34,206 nucleotides of DNA. It comes from Clostridia bacterium (lineage in GTDB: Bacteria > Bacillota > Clostridia > Christensenellales > Aristaeellaceae). The notes beneath the pieces are model-generated. The model made no database searches. It was not told the origin of the DNA and saw only the letters and a list, made by a program, of their open reading frames with translations. Both the position numbers and the translations under genes were made by a program. Below are positions 1 to 7,428 of the stretch, piece by piece; positions within the stretch are counted from its first letter, which is position 1; each line of letters opens with the position of its first letter. The DNA is taken from assembly GCA_045605625.1 (NCBI GenBank), contig JAZUQI010000205.1:1-34206 (forward strand), given 5' to 3'.

Positions 1-998
1 AGCACTTTAACCGGCAGTTCCTCCTGCTCAAAAATGGCAATGGCCCGTTCAATGGCGTGCTGCCCGGCCTCGTCCCCGTCATAGGCAATCCACACTTCCG
101 GCACATACCGTTTCAGAAGCCGTGCCTGTTCATTGGTCAGCGACGTGCCCAGCGTGGCCACAGCCCCCTGAATACCGGCCTGAGTAACCGCCACCACATC
201 CATATACCCTTCCACCAGCAAAATACGCTTCAAATCCCGCTGCTTTTTCACAAGATTGATGGCATACACGCCCTTGCGCTTATTAAACACCGGCGTATCG
301 GATGTGTTCAGGTATTTGGGTTTGGCATCCCCCATGGCCCGGCCACCAAAGCCCAGCACATTGCCCTGCTGGTCAATGATGGGAAACATGGCCCGGCCCC
401 GGAACATATCAAAATGATGGTCGCCTTTTTCCACGGCAAGCCCCGCCAGCGTAATCTCCCGTTTGGAATAGCCCTTTTCCGTTAAGTGGTTCAAAAGGTC
501 ATCCCATTGTTCGGTGGAGGCGCCAAGGCCGAATTTGCGGATGGTGCCGTCATCCAGGCCCCGGCCGTGGAGATAATCCAGCACAAATTTTCCTTCCGGT
601 TTCCACAGCATATCGTGGAAATAATGGGCCGCTTCCCGGTTGGCCCCCAGCAGCCTTTCCCGTTCACTGCGGCGGCGCTCATAATCCGGGTCTTCCTGCA
701 TCTCCGGCAAGGTCATGTGGGTTTTTTCGGCCAGGATTTTCACGGCTTCCTGGAAAGAAACACGTTCCATCTCCATCACGAACTGCACCACATTGCCCCC
801 GGCCTTGCAGCCAAAGCAATAATACAGGTTCAAATCCGCATTGACGGAGAAAGAGGCCGTTTTTTCATTATGGAACGGGCAAAGCCCCCAATATCTTCTG
901 CCGTCTTTCTTCAGCGTCAGATACCCGGAAACCACAGAAACGATATCCGCCCGTGCATACAGTTCATCCAGCCATGCCATGGGAAAACGTCCTGCCAT
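1..998 (-). CDS. dnaG: DNA primase DnaG, N-terminal ~332 codons; the 3' end runs off the left edge of the window
   Basis: Absent from the ORF track because it has no stop codon in the window. My reverse-complement translation from ATG 998-996 reads MAGRFPMAWLDELYARADIVSVVSGYLTLKKDGRRYWGLCPFHNEKTASFSVNADLNLYYCFGCKAGGNVVQF (CHC2 zinc finger). Further on it reads LLVEGYMDVVAV...AYDGDEAGQ (TOPRIM). A GGAGGG RBS (complement of 1005-1010) sits 6 nt upstream. The + ORFs 57-485 and 486-1013 are its antisense shadows. Confidence 0.9.
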   Translation of the reverse strand, partial: MAGRFPMAWLDELYARADIVSVVSGYLTLKKDGRRYWGLCPFHNEKTASFSVNADLNLYYCFGCKAGGNVVQFVMEMERVSFQEAVKILAEKTHMTLPEMQEDPDYERRRSERERLLGANREAAHYFHDMLWKPEGKFVLDYLHGRGLDDGTIRKFGLGASTEQWDDLLNHLTEKGYSKREITLAGLAVEKGDHHFDMFRGRAMFPIIDQQGNVLGFGGRAMGDAKPKYLNTSDTPVFNKRKGVYAINLVKKQRDLKRILLVEGYMDVVAVTQAGIQGAVATLGTSLTNEQARLLKRYVPEVWIAYDGDEAGQHAIERAIAIFEQEELPVKV

Positions 999-1083
999 TT
1001 CCTTCCCTCCTGAAAAAATCGTGCCTTGCTATTGTTCGCCACAAAAGCCGAATTTCCTGCAAAAAAACTGCGTTTTTGTCAAA

Positions 1084-2085
1084 TTAGAAAATGGGAAAAT
1101 TGGCAGGCGTAAATAACTGCTGGAAAATCCGGATGGCATATCGATCCGTCATGCAGGCAAGATAATCCAAAACAGCCCGCTCCGTTCCGTCCCGATAAGC
1201 AATCTGCACATATTCCAGGGGCATTTCCCCGGGATGCTGCATGAAATAATCAAACAGCATCTGCATCACATAATCGCATTTTTCTTCTTCTTTTTTCCGC
1301 CAGGAATCAAAATACACCTTTTCAAACATAAATTCCCTTAGGTTATCAAAGGCATTCTGCACCTGGTCGCTCATCACAAGGGCAGGTTTTCCCTGGCTTT
1401 CTTTCACCATATCCAAGATCAGGGTGTTAATCCGCTGGCCATGCGTTTCCCCAAGCACCCGCAGAATTTCCCCCGGCAATTCAAATTCCTTCAGCACTCC
1501 GGCCCGGATGGCGTCATCTATATCGTGGTTGATGTAGGCAATTCTATCTGCCTTAGCCACGCACTGGCCTTCCATGGTGGCGGGCAGGGTTTTGCCGGAA
1601 TGGAGCAAAATGCCATCCCTTACTTCCCATGTCAGGTTCAGCCCTTCGCCCCCCTCCAGCACTTCCACCACACGCAGGCTTTGCTGGTTGTGGGAAAAGC
1701 CATCGGCGGAAAGCTTGTCCAGCATTCTTTCGCCGCAATGGCCAAAGGGCGTGTGCCCCAAATCGTGGCCAAGGGCAATGGCCTCCGTCAAATCTTCATT
1801 CAGGTTCAGGGAACGGGCAATGGTCCTGGCCACTTGCGCCACTTCCAGGGTGTGGGTCAGCCGGGTGCGGAAATGATCCCCCTCCGGGGAAATGAACACC
1901 TGGGTTTTGAATTTCAGCCGGCGGAAGCTTTTGCAATGCAGAATCCTGTCCCTGTCCCGCTGAAATTCCGTGCGCAAATCATCCGGGGAAATGGGATGCT
2001 CCCGGCCCTTTGTTTCTGCGCTGTATGCCGCAAACGGAGAAAGATAGCTTCTTTCCCTTGCTTCCAACTGTTCCCGGATGGTCAT
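1084..2085 (-). CDS. dgt: dGTP triphosphohydrolase-like HD-domain protein
   Basis: HD-domain signature RLTHTLEVAQVAR...GHDLGHTPFGH. Start trimmed to MTIREQ (ATG 2085), which follows a GGGAGGGG RBS; the track ORF extends to 2133. Lies directly upstream of dnaG, as in many Firmicutes. Confidence 0.88.
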   Translation of the reverse strand: MTIREQLEARERSYLSPFAAYSAETKGREHPISPDDLRTEFQRDRDRILHCKSFRRLKFKTQVFISPEGDHFRTRLTHTLEVAQVARTIARSLNLNEDLTEAIALGHDLGHTPFGHCGERMLDKLSADGFSHNQQSLRVVEVLEGGEGLNLTWEVRDGILLHSGKTLPATMEGQCVAKADRIAYINHDIDDAIRAGVLKEFELPGEILRVLGETHGQRINTLILDMVKESQGKPALVMSDQVQNAFDNLREFMFEKVYFDSWRKKEEEKCDYVMQMLFDYFMQHPGEMPLEYVQIAYRDGTERAVLDYLACMTDRYAIRIFQQLFTPANFPIF

Positions 2086-2151
2086 TTTCTTTCCCCTCCC
2101 TTTCTTCTGTTTATATACTCCGCCCGGCTCCAAATTCCTTCCTTTTTCTGC

Positions 2152-2185
2152 AAAACAAAAAATCCTCCGTGGGTGAACACGGAGG
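2152..2185 (-). terminator. Rho-independent terminator after the C39-like peptidase gene
   Basis: On the minus strand: CCTCCGTG-ttcacc-CACGGAGG (2164-2185) followed by ATTTTTTGTTTT. Confidence 0.65.
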
Positions 2186-2201
2186 AAAAGACGAATTGTA
2201 T

Positions 2202-3077
2202 TTATTCTGCCGTTGACACAATGCCAGGCTTGGACAAAATAACAAAATAGGAATACCGGGCAAAGTATTTCTTATCATGGCGGATATACACCAGCCCCGG
2301 CTGAATCACCGTCAGCTGATAGCCCCAGTTGCATTGTTCATAGCTGCTCCTGGCCAGCGGATCCAGCACATACAAAACTTCATCATCTGCATTGGCAAGA
2401 TAGATGTAATGCCCTTCGTTGGTAAAGCATCCGCCGCTGGAGGCCAACGCAAACACGGAACAGCCTTCTGTTTTAACGGCATCAATGGCTTCCTGATAAT
2501 CCTTCGTGGTGCGAAAATCCAGGCCGTACACCTTGCACACATACTCAATATAGCCGGAGGCCGTGCCGGAAGAATCCGAGCGGCTGCACACATTCCAGGT
2601 ATTGTTTCCCGTTGCAAAATCCGCCAGCACCAGGGGCAGAAAGCGGACATAATCCCTGTCCGTCGTCAGCATATACCGGCCCTTATGCCGATAGCACGCC
2701 TTTTGGTTCACGCTGCATTCGCACAAAGAATAGGGGTAATTGCTGTATTCGCTGATTTTCCGCAGTTCTTCATCCGGCAAAAGCCGGGCAATGGCCATGG
2801 CAAAGGCCGTTGGGCTGCACCCGGAATCCCGGAAAGGGCGCCATTTGGAGGAATTCTTCCGTTCATACACCAAATTCCGCCAAAGCTCATCATTCTGGGC
2901 ATAGTAGCGGATGGGTTCCTGAAGCCCCGGCACGTTCATCATCCCGGAAAGGGATTCTTCTTTTGCAAACACCATTTCCTGGGCCATGTACTGATCCGCA
3001 AATGCAAAATGCGCACTTCCCCAAACCATCATGCACAGAATTATCAAGCAGCATGTACGTTTCAGGGAAATGCGCAT
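2202..3077 (-). CDS. Secreted papain-fold cysteine peptidase, C39-like (Peptidase_C39_2-type)
   Basis: Signal peptide MRISLKRTCCLIILCMMVWGSAHFAFA. Catalytic-Cys context RDSGCSPTAFAMAIARLL and His context NEGHYIYLANADDEVLYVLDP. ATG 3077 is preceded by AAGAGG; the track start at 3107 is a TTG. Only 35 nt downstream of yebC, so probably co-transcribed. Confidence 0.6.
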   Translation of the reverse strand: MRISLKRTCCLIILCMMVWGSAHFAFADQYMAQEMVFAKEESLSGMMNVPGLQEPIRYYAQNDELWRNLVYERKNSSKWRPFRDSGCSPTAFAMAIARLLPDEELRKISEYSNYPYSLCECSVNQKACYRHKGRYMLTTDRDYVRFLPLVLADFATGNNTWNVCSRSDSSGTASGYIEYVCKVYGLDFRTTKDYQEAIDAVKTEGCSVFALASSGGCFTNEGHYIYLANADDEVLYVLDPLARSSYEQCNWGYQLTVIQPGLVYIRHDKKYFARYSYFVILSKPGIVSTAE

Positions 3078-3112
3078 TTTCAGCCTCTTTCTGCTGTTTT
3101 CGCCCAACAGGA

Positions 3113-3859
3113 TCAGTCTTCTTCTTCCTCTTCAGGCAGTTCAGCGTTATGATACACTTCGCTTACGTCGTCATTATCATCCAGCATATCCAGCAGCTTC
3201 TGCACCTTGGCCAGGGTATCGGCATCGGCGATGGCCACGGTGTTCTGGGGAATCATCTGCTTTTCGGCAGACAAGAAAGCAAAACCGGCATTTTCCAGGT
3301 TTTCACGCACGGCAGAGAAATCGTTGGGAGCGGTGTATACTTCAAACACGTCTTCTTCCACTTTCACGTCTTCTGCACCGGCTTCCAGGGCCTGCATCAT
3401 CACTTCGTCTTCATCCATGCCGGGTTCTTTTTCGATCACAATAACGCCCTTGTTATCGAACATATAGTTCACGGAACCGGGCGTGCCAAGAGAACCGCCG
3501 TTCTTATCGAAAATATGGCGTACGTCGCTGGAGGTGCGGTTACGGTTATCGGTTACGATCTGGCAGATGATGGCCACGCCGCCGGGGGCATAGCCTTCAT
3601 ACATCATTTCTTCGTAGTTGGCACCGGTGCCTTCGCCGGCAGCCTTCTTGATGGGGCGCTGAATGTTATCGTTGGGCATATTATTGGCCTTGGCCTTGGC
3701 GATGATATCCTTCAGCTTGCCATTGGTATCGGGATTGGAACCGCCTTCGCGCACAGCGATGGCAATTTCACGGCCAATCTTGGTAAAGATCTTGCCGCGG
3801 GCAGCATCCGTCTTGCCCTTTTTCGCCTGAATATTATGCCATTTGGAATGACCGGACAT
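3113..3859 (-). CDS. yebC: YebC/PmpR-family protein
   Basis: MSGHSKWHNIQAKKGKTDAARGKIFTKIGREIAIAVREGG is the canonical YebC N-terminus. ATG 3859 follows AGGAGGGG. The track ORF (to 3988) carries a 43-codon unsupported extension. Confidence 0.93.
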   Translation of the reverse strand: MSGHSKWHNIQAKKGKTDAARGKIFTKIGREIAIAVREGGSNPDTNGKLKDIIAKAKANNMPNDNIQRPIKKAAGEGTGANYEEMMYEGYAPGGVAIICQIVTDNRNRTSSDVRHIFDKNGGSLGTPGSVNYMFDNKGVIVIEKEPGMDEDEVMMQALEAGAEDVKVEEDVFEVYTAPNDFSAVRENLENAGFAFLSAEKQMIPQNTVAIADADTLAKVQKLLDMLDDNDDVSEVYHNAELPEEEEED

Positions 3860-3905
3860 AGTAAAACCCCTCCTGTAAGGTAAATAATACAAAAAATAGC
3901 GTCTT

Positions 3906-3934
3906 ATTATATCATCAAAACCCACTATCGTCAA
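3906..3934 (-). promoter_or_regulatory. Sigma-A-type promoter for yebC
   Basis: Minus strand: TTGACG (3934-3929), 17-nt spacer, TGA-TATAAT (3914-3906). Confidence 0.6.
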
Positions 3935-4005
3935 ATGGATTTCGCCTTTTTTCGCAATTTCTTTAAAATTTACATTCTGTGCCTCCAAGAGAACCCGTGA
4001 ACGAA

Positions 4006-4034
4006 TTGACGCTCCTTTTTTTCCATGGTATAAT
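4006..4034 (+). promoter_or_regulatory. Sigma-A-type promoter driving the tandem leader and the NlpC/P60 gene
   Basis: TTGACG 4006-4011, 17-nt spacer, extended -10 TGG-TATAAT 4026-4034. Divergent from the yebC promoter. Confidence 0.6.
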
Positions 4035-4040
4035 AAGGAT

Positions 4041-4187
4041 TAGGAATCTGCTTGCAGATTCCGGGTTGCCGGGCGGCGGTTCGTTTACCGCACGGCAACA
4101 ATCACGGTATAATGAATATGGTTTAGGAATCTGCTTGCAGATTCCTGGTCGCCGGGCGATGGTTCGTTTACCGCACGGCGACAATCA
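4041..4187 (+). repeat. Tandem duplication (period 83 nt) of a two-hairpin unit; candidate cis-regulatory leader RNA or paired operator of unknown class
   Basis: Cores 4041-4104 and 4124-4187 match at 59 of 64 positions in my hand alignment. Hairpin 1 is GGAATCTG-CTTG-CAGATTCC (4043-4062 and 4126-4145). Hairpin 2 has outer stem GTTGCCG/CGGCAAC (4065-4099), which is GTCGCCG/CGGCGAC in copy 2 (4148-4182). That difference is a compensatory T:A to C:G change. Confidence 0.7.
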
Positions 4188-4235
4188 GGTAAAGTGCTTA
4201 TGTTTTCCAAAGAAATTTCTGGAGGTAACAAATTG

Positions 4236-5114
4236 ATGAAACGGGCTTTTGTTTTGCTGGCCGCCCTGCTTTTGCTTTTCACTTCCATCCCTGCCATGGC
4301 GGAAGTGGAGCGCTCCCCTTTCCTGGATGCCGCTTTCAGCTGCTTGGAAAAGGATAACATCTTCCAGCGCCGCTATAATGAAATCACCGGCGCTTCCGTG
4401 GAATCCATCATGGAGCTTGGCATTCCCTATTATTTCGGCGGCCGGGATATGGAACGCATCACCTCCAAAGCCCCGGAATATTCCACCTATAAGTGCTGGG
4501 AAACCACGAAATATTACCGGAAAGATAAATACTACATCGATGGGTTTGATTGCTCCGGCTTCACCCAGTGGATTTATGCCCAGGCCGGTATGCCGGCCCA
4601 TGATACCCTCAGTAACATGATTCTCCACCATCGGTATCAGAACGAAGGGTATCACCTGTATAACCACCGGAAAGGCTTTGAAATGCCTCCTTACGATCAA
4701 TTGAAAGATACTCTGCGTGTGGGAGATTTGCTGGTTGCCAAGGATGGCGCCCGGCACATCATGATGTACATCGGCACCCTGAATGATTATCGTTTCACCG
4801 CCGAAGAAGTGCCGGAACTGGCCGAATATCTGGATTACCCCCTGGTCATCCACTGCGGCCCCAGCCCCGTCTACGGCGCCCGTTTCCAGGAATATATTGA
4901 TCGTGTAGGCTTTTCCAATGTGTTTACCACCAACGGCGGTGTGGAGGTTTCCATCCTTGGCATTCCCATGAAGGATGCTCCCGTTCAGGAACACGTGCAA
5001 ATCACGGATTTCAGCTATTTCCTCATCGATGACGGCACCTATCCCCTCACCATCTGGGATTTGCCCAACTGCACCTCCTTCTGCTGGTTCCGCTTCCCGG
5101 AAGATAAGCTGTAA
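4236..5114 (+). CDS. Secreted NlpC/P60-family peptidase (likely cell-wall hydrolase)
   Basis: Signal peptide MKRAFVLLAALLLLFTSIPAMA. NlpC/P60 catalytic Cys in FDCSGFTQWIYAQAG and His in GARHIMMYIG. GGAGG at 4221-4225 lies upstream of ATG 4236; the track ORF starts earlier, at 4194. Confidence 0.85.
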   Translation: MKRAFVLLAALLLLFTSIPAMAEVERSPFLDAAFSCLEKDNIFQRRYNEITGASVESIMELGIPYYFGGRDMERITSKAPEYSTYKCWETTKYYRKDKYYIDGFDCSGFTQWIYAQAGMPAHDTLSNMILHHRYQNEGYHLYNHRKGFEMPPYDQLKDTLRVGDLLVAKDGARHIMMYIGTLNDYRFTAEEVPELAEYLDYPLVIHCGPSPVYGARFQEYIDRVGFSNVFTTNGGVEVSILGIPMKDAPVQEHVQITDFSYFLIDDGTYPLTIWDLPNCTSFCWFRFPEDKL

Positions 5115-5135
5115 TCCTTTCATTCACCTTCATCA

Positions 5136-5168
5136 ACAGCCGCTTTTTCTGCGGCTGTTTTTCTTTTT
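5136..5168 (+). terminator. Rho-independent terminator after the NlpC/P60 gene
   Basis: ACAGCCGC-tttttct-GCGGCTGT followed by TTTTCTTTTT. Confidence 0.8.
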
Positions 5169-5174
5169 CCGGCC

Positions 5175-5204
5175 TTGACTTCTTCCTGCACTCTTTGGTA
5201 TAAT
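5175..5204 (+). promoter_or_regulatory. Promoter for tRNA-Leu(UAA)
   Basis: TTGACT 5175-5180, 18-nt spacer, TGG-TATAAT ending at 5204. The tRNA 5' end lies 12 nt downstream. Confidence 0.6.
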
Positions 5205-5215
5205 ACCTCTTGCTT

Positions 5216-5301
5216 GCGAGTGTGTTGGAATAGGCAGACAACCGAGACTTAAAATCTTGTGCCCTCTGGGCGTGCGGGTTCGATTCCCGCCACTCGCACC
5301 A
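5216..5301 (+). tRNA. tRNA-Leu (anticodon UAA), class II with long variable arm, encoded CCA
   Basis: Acceptor stem GCGAGTG/CACTCGC. Anticodon stem CGAGA/TCTTG with loop CTTAAAA. Variable arm GCCCTCTGGGCGTGC. T arm GCGGG-TTCGATT-CCCGC. Ends ACCA at 5298-5301. Confidence 0.9.
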
Positions 5302-5770
5302 AATTAGGCCGATCATTTGATATGTTATGTATCTGATGGATCGGTCTTTTTGCTTATGAACATTCTGAGCAATGTATTTATAATGAACCGTGAAGCAATT
5401 TGTTCTATTAACAAAAATTAAGACCATACACTCATTCTCTAAAGGTTCTTGACTTCAAATATTCTTTGCTGCCAGAGAAGAAATGACGGCACCTTTTTGC
5501 CAAATAATCGACTATCATTAACAGTTGCTATTCCTTTTCGTGAGTGAACGGGCAACGCGCGATATAAGAATTATTTCTGATGCGTTCATCCAATTCGCTT
5601 GGCACAAAAGCCGAGGCTTTCTTTGCTTTTGCCTACTTTTGTGCTATAATATGGGTGTATTTTATGATTTTCACACGAAAATCATGATTGCCATTTCGTA
5701 CTATAGACCGTATTCTGTATTTCCTCGTCAAGACATACTTTGGTATTTTCTGCAAAAGAAGGGATTTTCG

Positions 5771-6532
5771 ATGATTCAGTTCATTGCCAGCGACCTGGAC
5801 GGCACCTTACTGCAAAAGGATGGCACGCTTCCGGCAGATACATTCGATGTTATTCGCCGTTTGAAAGAGAAAGGCATTCTCTTTTGCGCTGCCAGCGGCA
5901 GGCAATACGCCAATTTGCGCCGTTTATTCGCCCCGGTGGCGGATGATATGTGCTTCATCTGTGAAAACGGCTCCTATGTGCGTGCGTTTGATCAAGTGCA
6001 GGCCAGCACCATTCCTGCTTCCATTGCACTCCCCGTCATTCAGGATATTCTGGATAGCGGTATGCAGCTGCTGCTTAGTATTCCGGAAAGCAGCCTGCTG
6101 CTCACATCAGCCCAGCGCAGTTTCACCGATGATATCTTCTATCGTTTGAAAAACACCTGTGCTATGATACCAGACTATGGTATGTATTCAGATCAATACA
6201 TCAAAATCTCCGGTTTTACCCCCAATGGCGTGGCGGAACTTGCACCGGCATTGCAGGAAAAATGGTCTCAGTACCTGCACGTGGATATTGCCGGGGCCAA
6301 TTGGCTGGATTTTACCCTGACCAATAAAAGTGACGGTATTCGCACTTTGTCCGAAATGTTGGATATTCCCATGGGAAACATGGCTGCCTTTGGGGATCAG
6401 TTTAATGATCTGGCCATGCTGCAAAGCGTAGGCCATCCGTTTTTGATGGAAAACGCCCCGGAAGCCCTGAAACGCTATTCCTTCGCCCCTTGCAATGATG
6501 TACTTTCTACGCTGTGCCGCCTTTGCTTATAA
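5771..6532 (+). CDS. Cof-type HAD-IIB family phosphatase
   Basis: MIQFIASDLDGTLLQKDGTL (DxDGT motif), AASGRQY, and AFGDQFNDLAML (HAD motif IV). ATG 5771 follows GAAGGG. The 82 upstream codons in the track ORF lie in AT-rich non-coding-looking DNA. Confidence 0.85.
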   Translation: MIQFIASDLDGTLLQKDGTLPADTFDVIRRLKEKGILFCAASGRQYANLRRLFAPVADDMCFICENGSYVRAFDQVQASTIPASIALPVIQDILDSGMQLLLSIPESSLLLTSAQRSFTDDIFYRLKNTCAMIPDYGMYSDQYIKISGFTPNGVAELAPALQEKWSQYLHVDIAGANWLDFTLTNKSDGIRTLSEMLDIPMGNMAAFGDQFNDLAMLQSVGHPFLMENAPEALKRYSFAPCNDVLSTLCRLCL

Positions 6533-6579
6533 TATACTTTGGTTTGTTTTTAGAAAAATGCGCAAATAATTAGCACGAA

Positions 6580-6612
6580 AAAGCCCCGTTCATTGGAACA
6601 GGGCTTTCTTAT
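6580..6612. terminator. Bidirectional terminator between the convergent HAD and rsmA genes
   Basis: AAAGCCCcGTTC-attg-GAACaGGGCTTT, with T-runs on both strands. Confidence 0.7.
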
Positions 6613-7428
6613 TTACAGCATATTGGCCAGATTGGCAAAATCCTGCAGCGACATGGTTTCCCCACGCACATTCTTTTCCAGGCCGCATTTTTCCAGCCAG
6701 TTTTCCGCTTCTTCCCGGCTGATGCGGAAGGAAGCAATCAGGTTATTGGCCATGGTTTTCCGGCGCATGGCAAAGGCCGCTTTGGCCACTTTGAAAAACA
6801 GGGCTTCGTCCTTCACCTGCACGGCCGGCTTTTCCCTTCGCTGCATGGTGACAAAAGCACTATCCACCTTGGGCGGCGGCGTGAACATACAGGAAGGCAC
6901 ATCCAGCACAATCTGGGGTTTATAGGCATATTGGGTGCGCACAGCCAGCATGCCCCATCCTTCTTCGCCGGGCCTGGCCACCATGCGCTGGGCCGCCTCT
7001 GCCTGTACCATCACGTTGATACTTTCGATGGGCATATTGCCGGTAAGCAGCATTTGCATCAAATCCGTGGTGAGATAATAAGGAATATTGGCCACGATGT
7101 GGAATTTTTCCCAGTCCTTGGTGATTTCTTTCAGGTTCAGCCGCATCACATCGCCGTGCACCAGCTGCACATTCGGGCAATGGTGCAAGGTAACCCGCAG
7201 AATGGGAATCAACGTTTCATCCACTTCCAGGGTGATCACTTCTTTGCACGTCTTGGACAGCACCTTCGTCATGCCGCCTGCACCGGCGCCGATTTCCAGC
7301 ACGCAATCCTCTTTCCCCACGCCGGATAACTCCACTAACTGGGCAAACAGTGCATCATCGGTGATAAAATTCTGGCCCAGGCTATGCTTATGATGAAAAT
7401 GATTGTTTTTTTTGCTTCCCTGTTTCAT
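6613..7428 (-). CDS. rsmA: 16S rRNA (adenine1518/1519-N6)-dimethyltransferase
   Basis: HSLGQNFITDD, SAM-binding site VLEIGAGAGGMT, and NIPYY. Its ATG overlaps the rpe stop as ATGA (7428-7425). Confidence 0.93.
   Translation of the reverse strand: MKQGSKKNNHFHHKHSLGQNFITDDALFAQLVELSGVGKEDCVLEIGAGAGGMTKVLSKTCKEVITLEVDETLIPILRVTLHHCPNVQLVHGDVMRLNLKEITKDWEKFHIVANIPYYLTTDLMQMLLTGNMPIESINVMVQAEAAQRMVARPGEEGWGMLAVRTQYAYKPQIVLDVPSCMFTPPPKVDSAFVTMQRREKPAVQVKDEALFFKVAKAAFAMRRKTMANNLIASFRISREEAENWLEKCGLEKNVRGETMSLQDFANLANML

Noticed and set aside
57-1013. The + strand ORFs 57-485 and 486-1013 at the left edge.
   Set aside because: The minus strand here translates into an unmistakable DnaG N-terminus with a zinc finger and TOPRIM domain. 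The + ORFs are its antisense shadows.
3860-3988. N-terminal extensions in several track ORFs: 3113-3988, 5525-6532, 20911-21864, 22762-23376, 24072-24689, 24919-25212 and 1084-2133.
   Set aside because: In each case a downstream start codon has a proper GGAGG-type RBS and matches the conserved family N-terminus. The extensions overlap neighbouring genes or promoters.
4108-4113. The second TATAAT, inside the linker between the two repeat copies, as an independent internal promoter.
   Set aside because: The sequence at the -35 position is only TTTACC-like and is part of hairpin 2 of copy 1. The hexamer is probably there because the promoter-proximal sequence was duplicated along with the unit.
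4041-4187. Tried to assign the tandem leader to a known class: c-di-AMP/ydaO, fluoride/crcB, glycine tandem, guanidine, ZTP, c-di-GMP.
   Set aside because: From memory of those consensus sequences I could not find their conserved blocks. The GGCGAUGG string in copy 2 resembles the start of crcB, but the rest does not fit. The class therefore stays unknown until a covariance-model search is run.
5047-5427. A 126-aa minus-strand ORF.
   Set aside because: It runs straight through tRNA-Leu(UAA), its promoter and the NlpC/P60 terminator. It has no RBS and no recognisable domain.
5302-5770. Calling the tRNA-adjacent AT-rich region a mobile element or prophage attachment site.
   Set aside because: I could find no integrase, transposase, terminal inverted repeats or duplicated tRNA 3' segment in the window. 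It is kept only as a low-confidence scar hypothesis.
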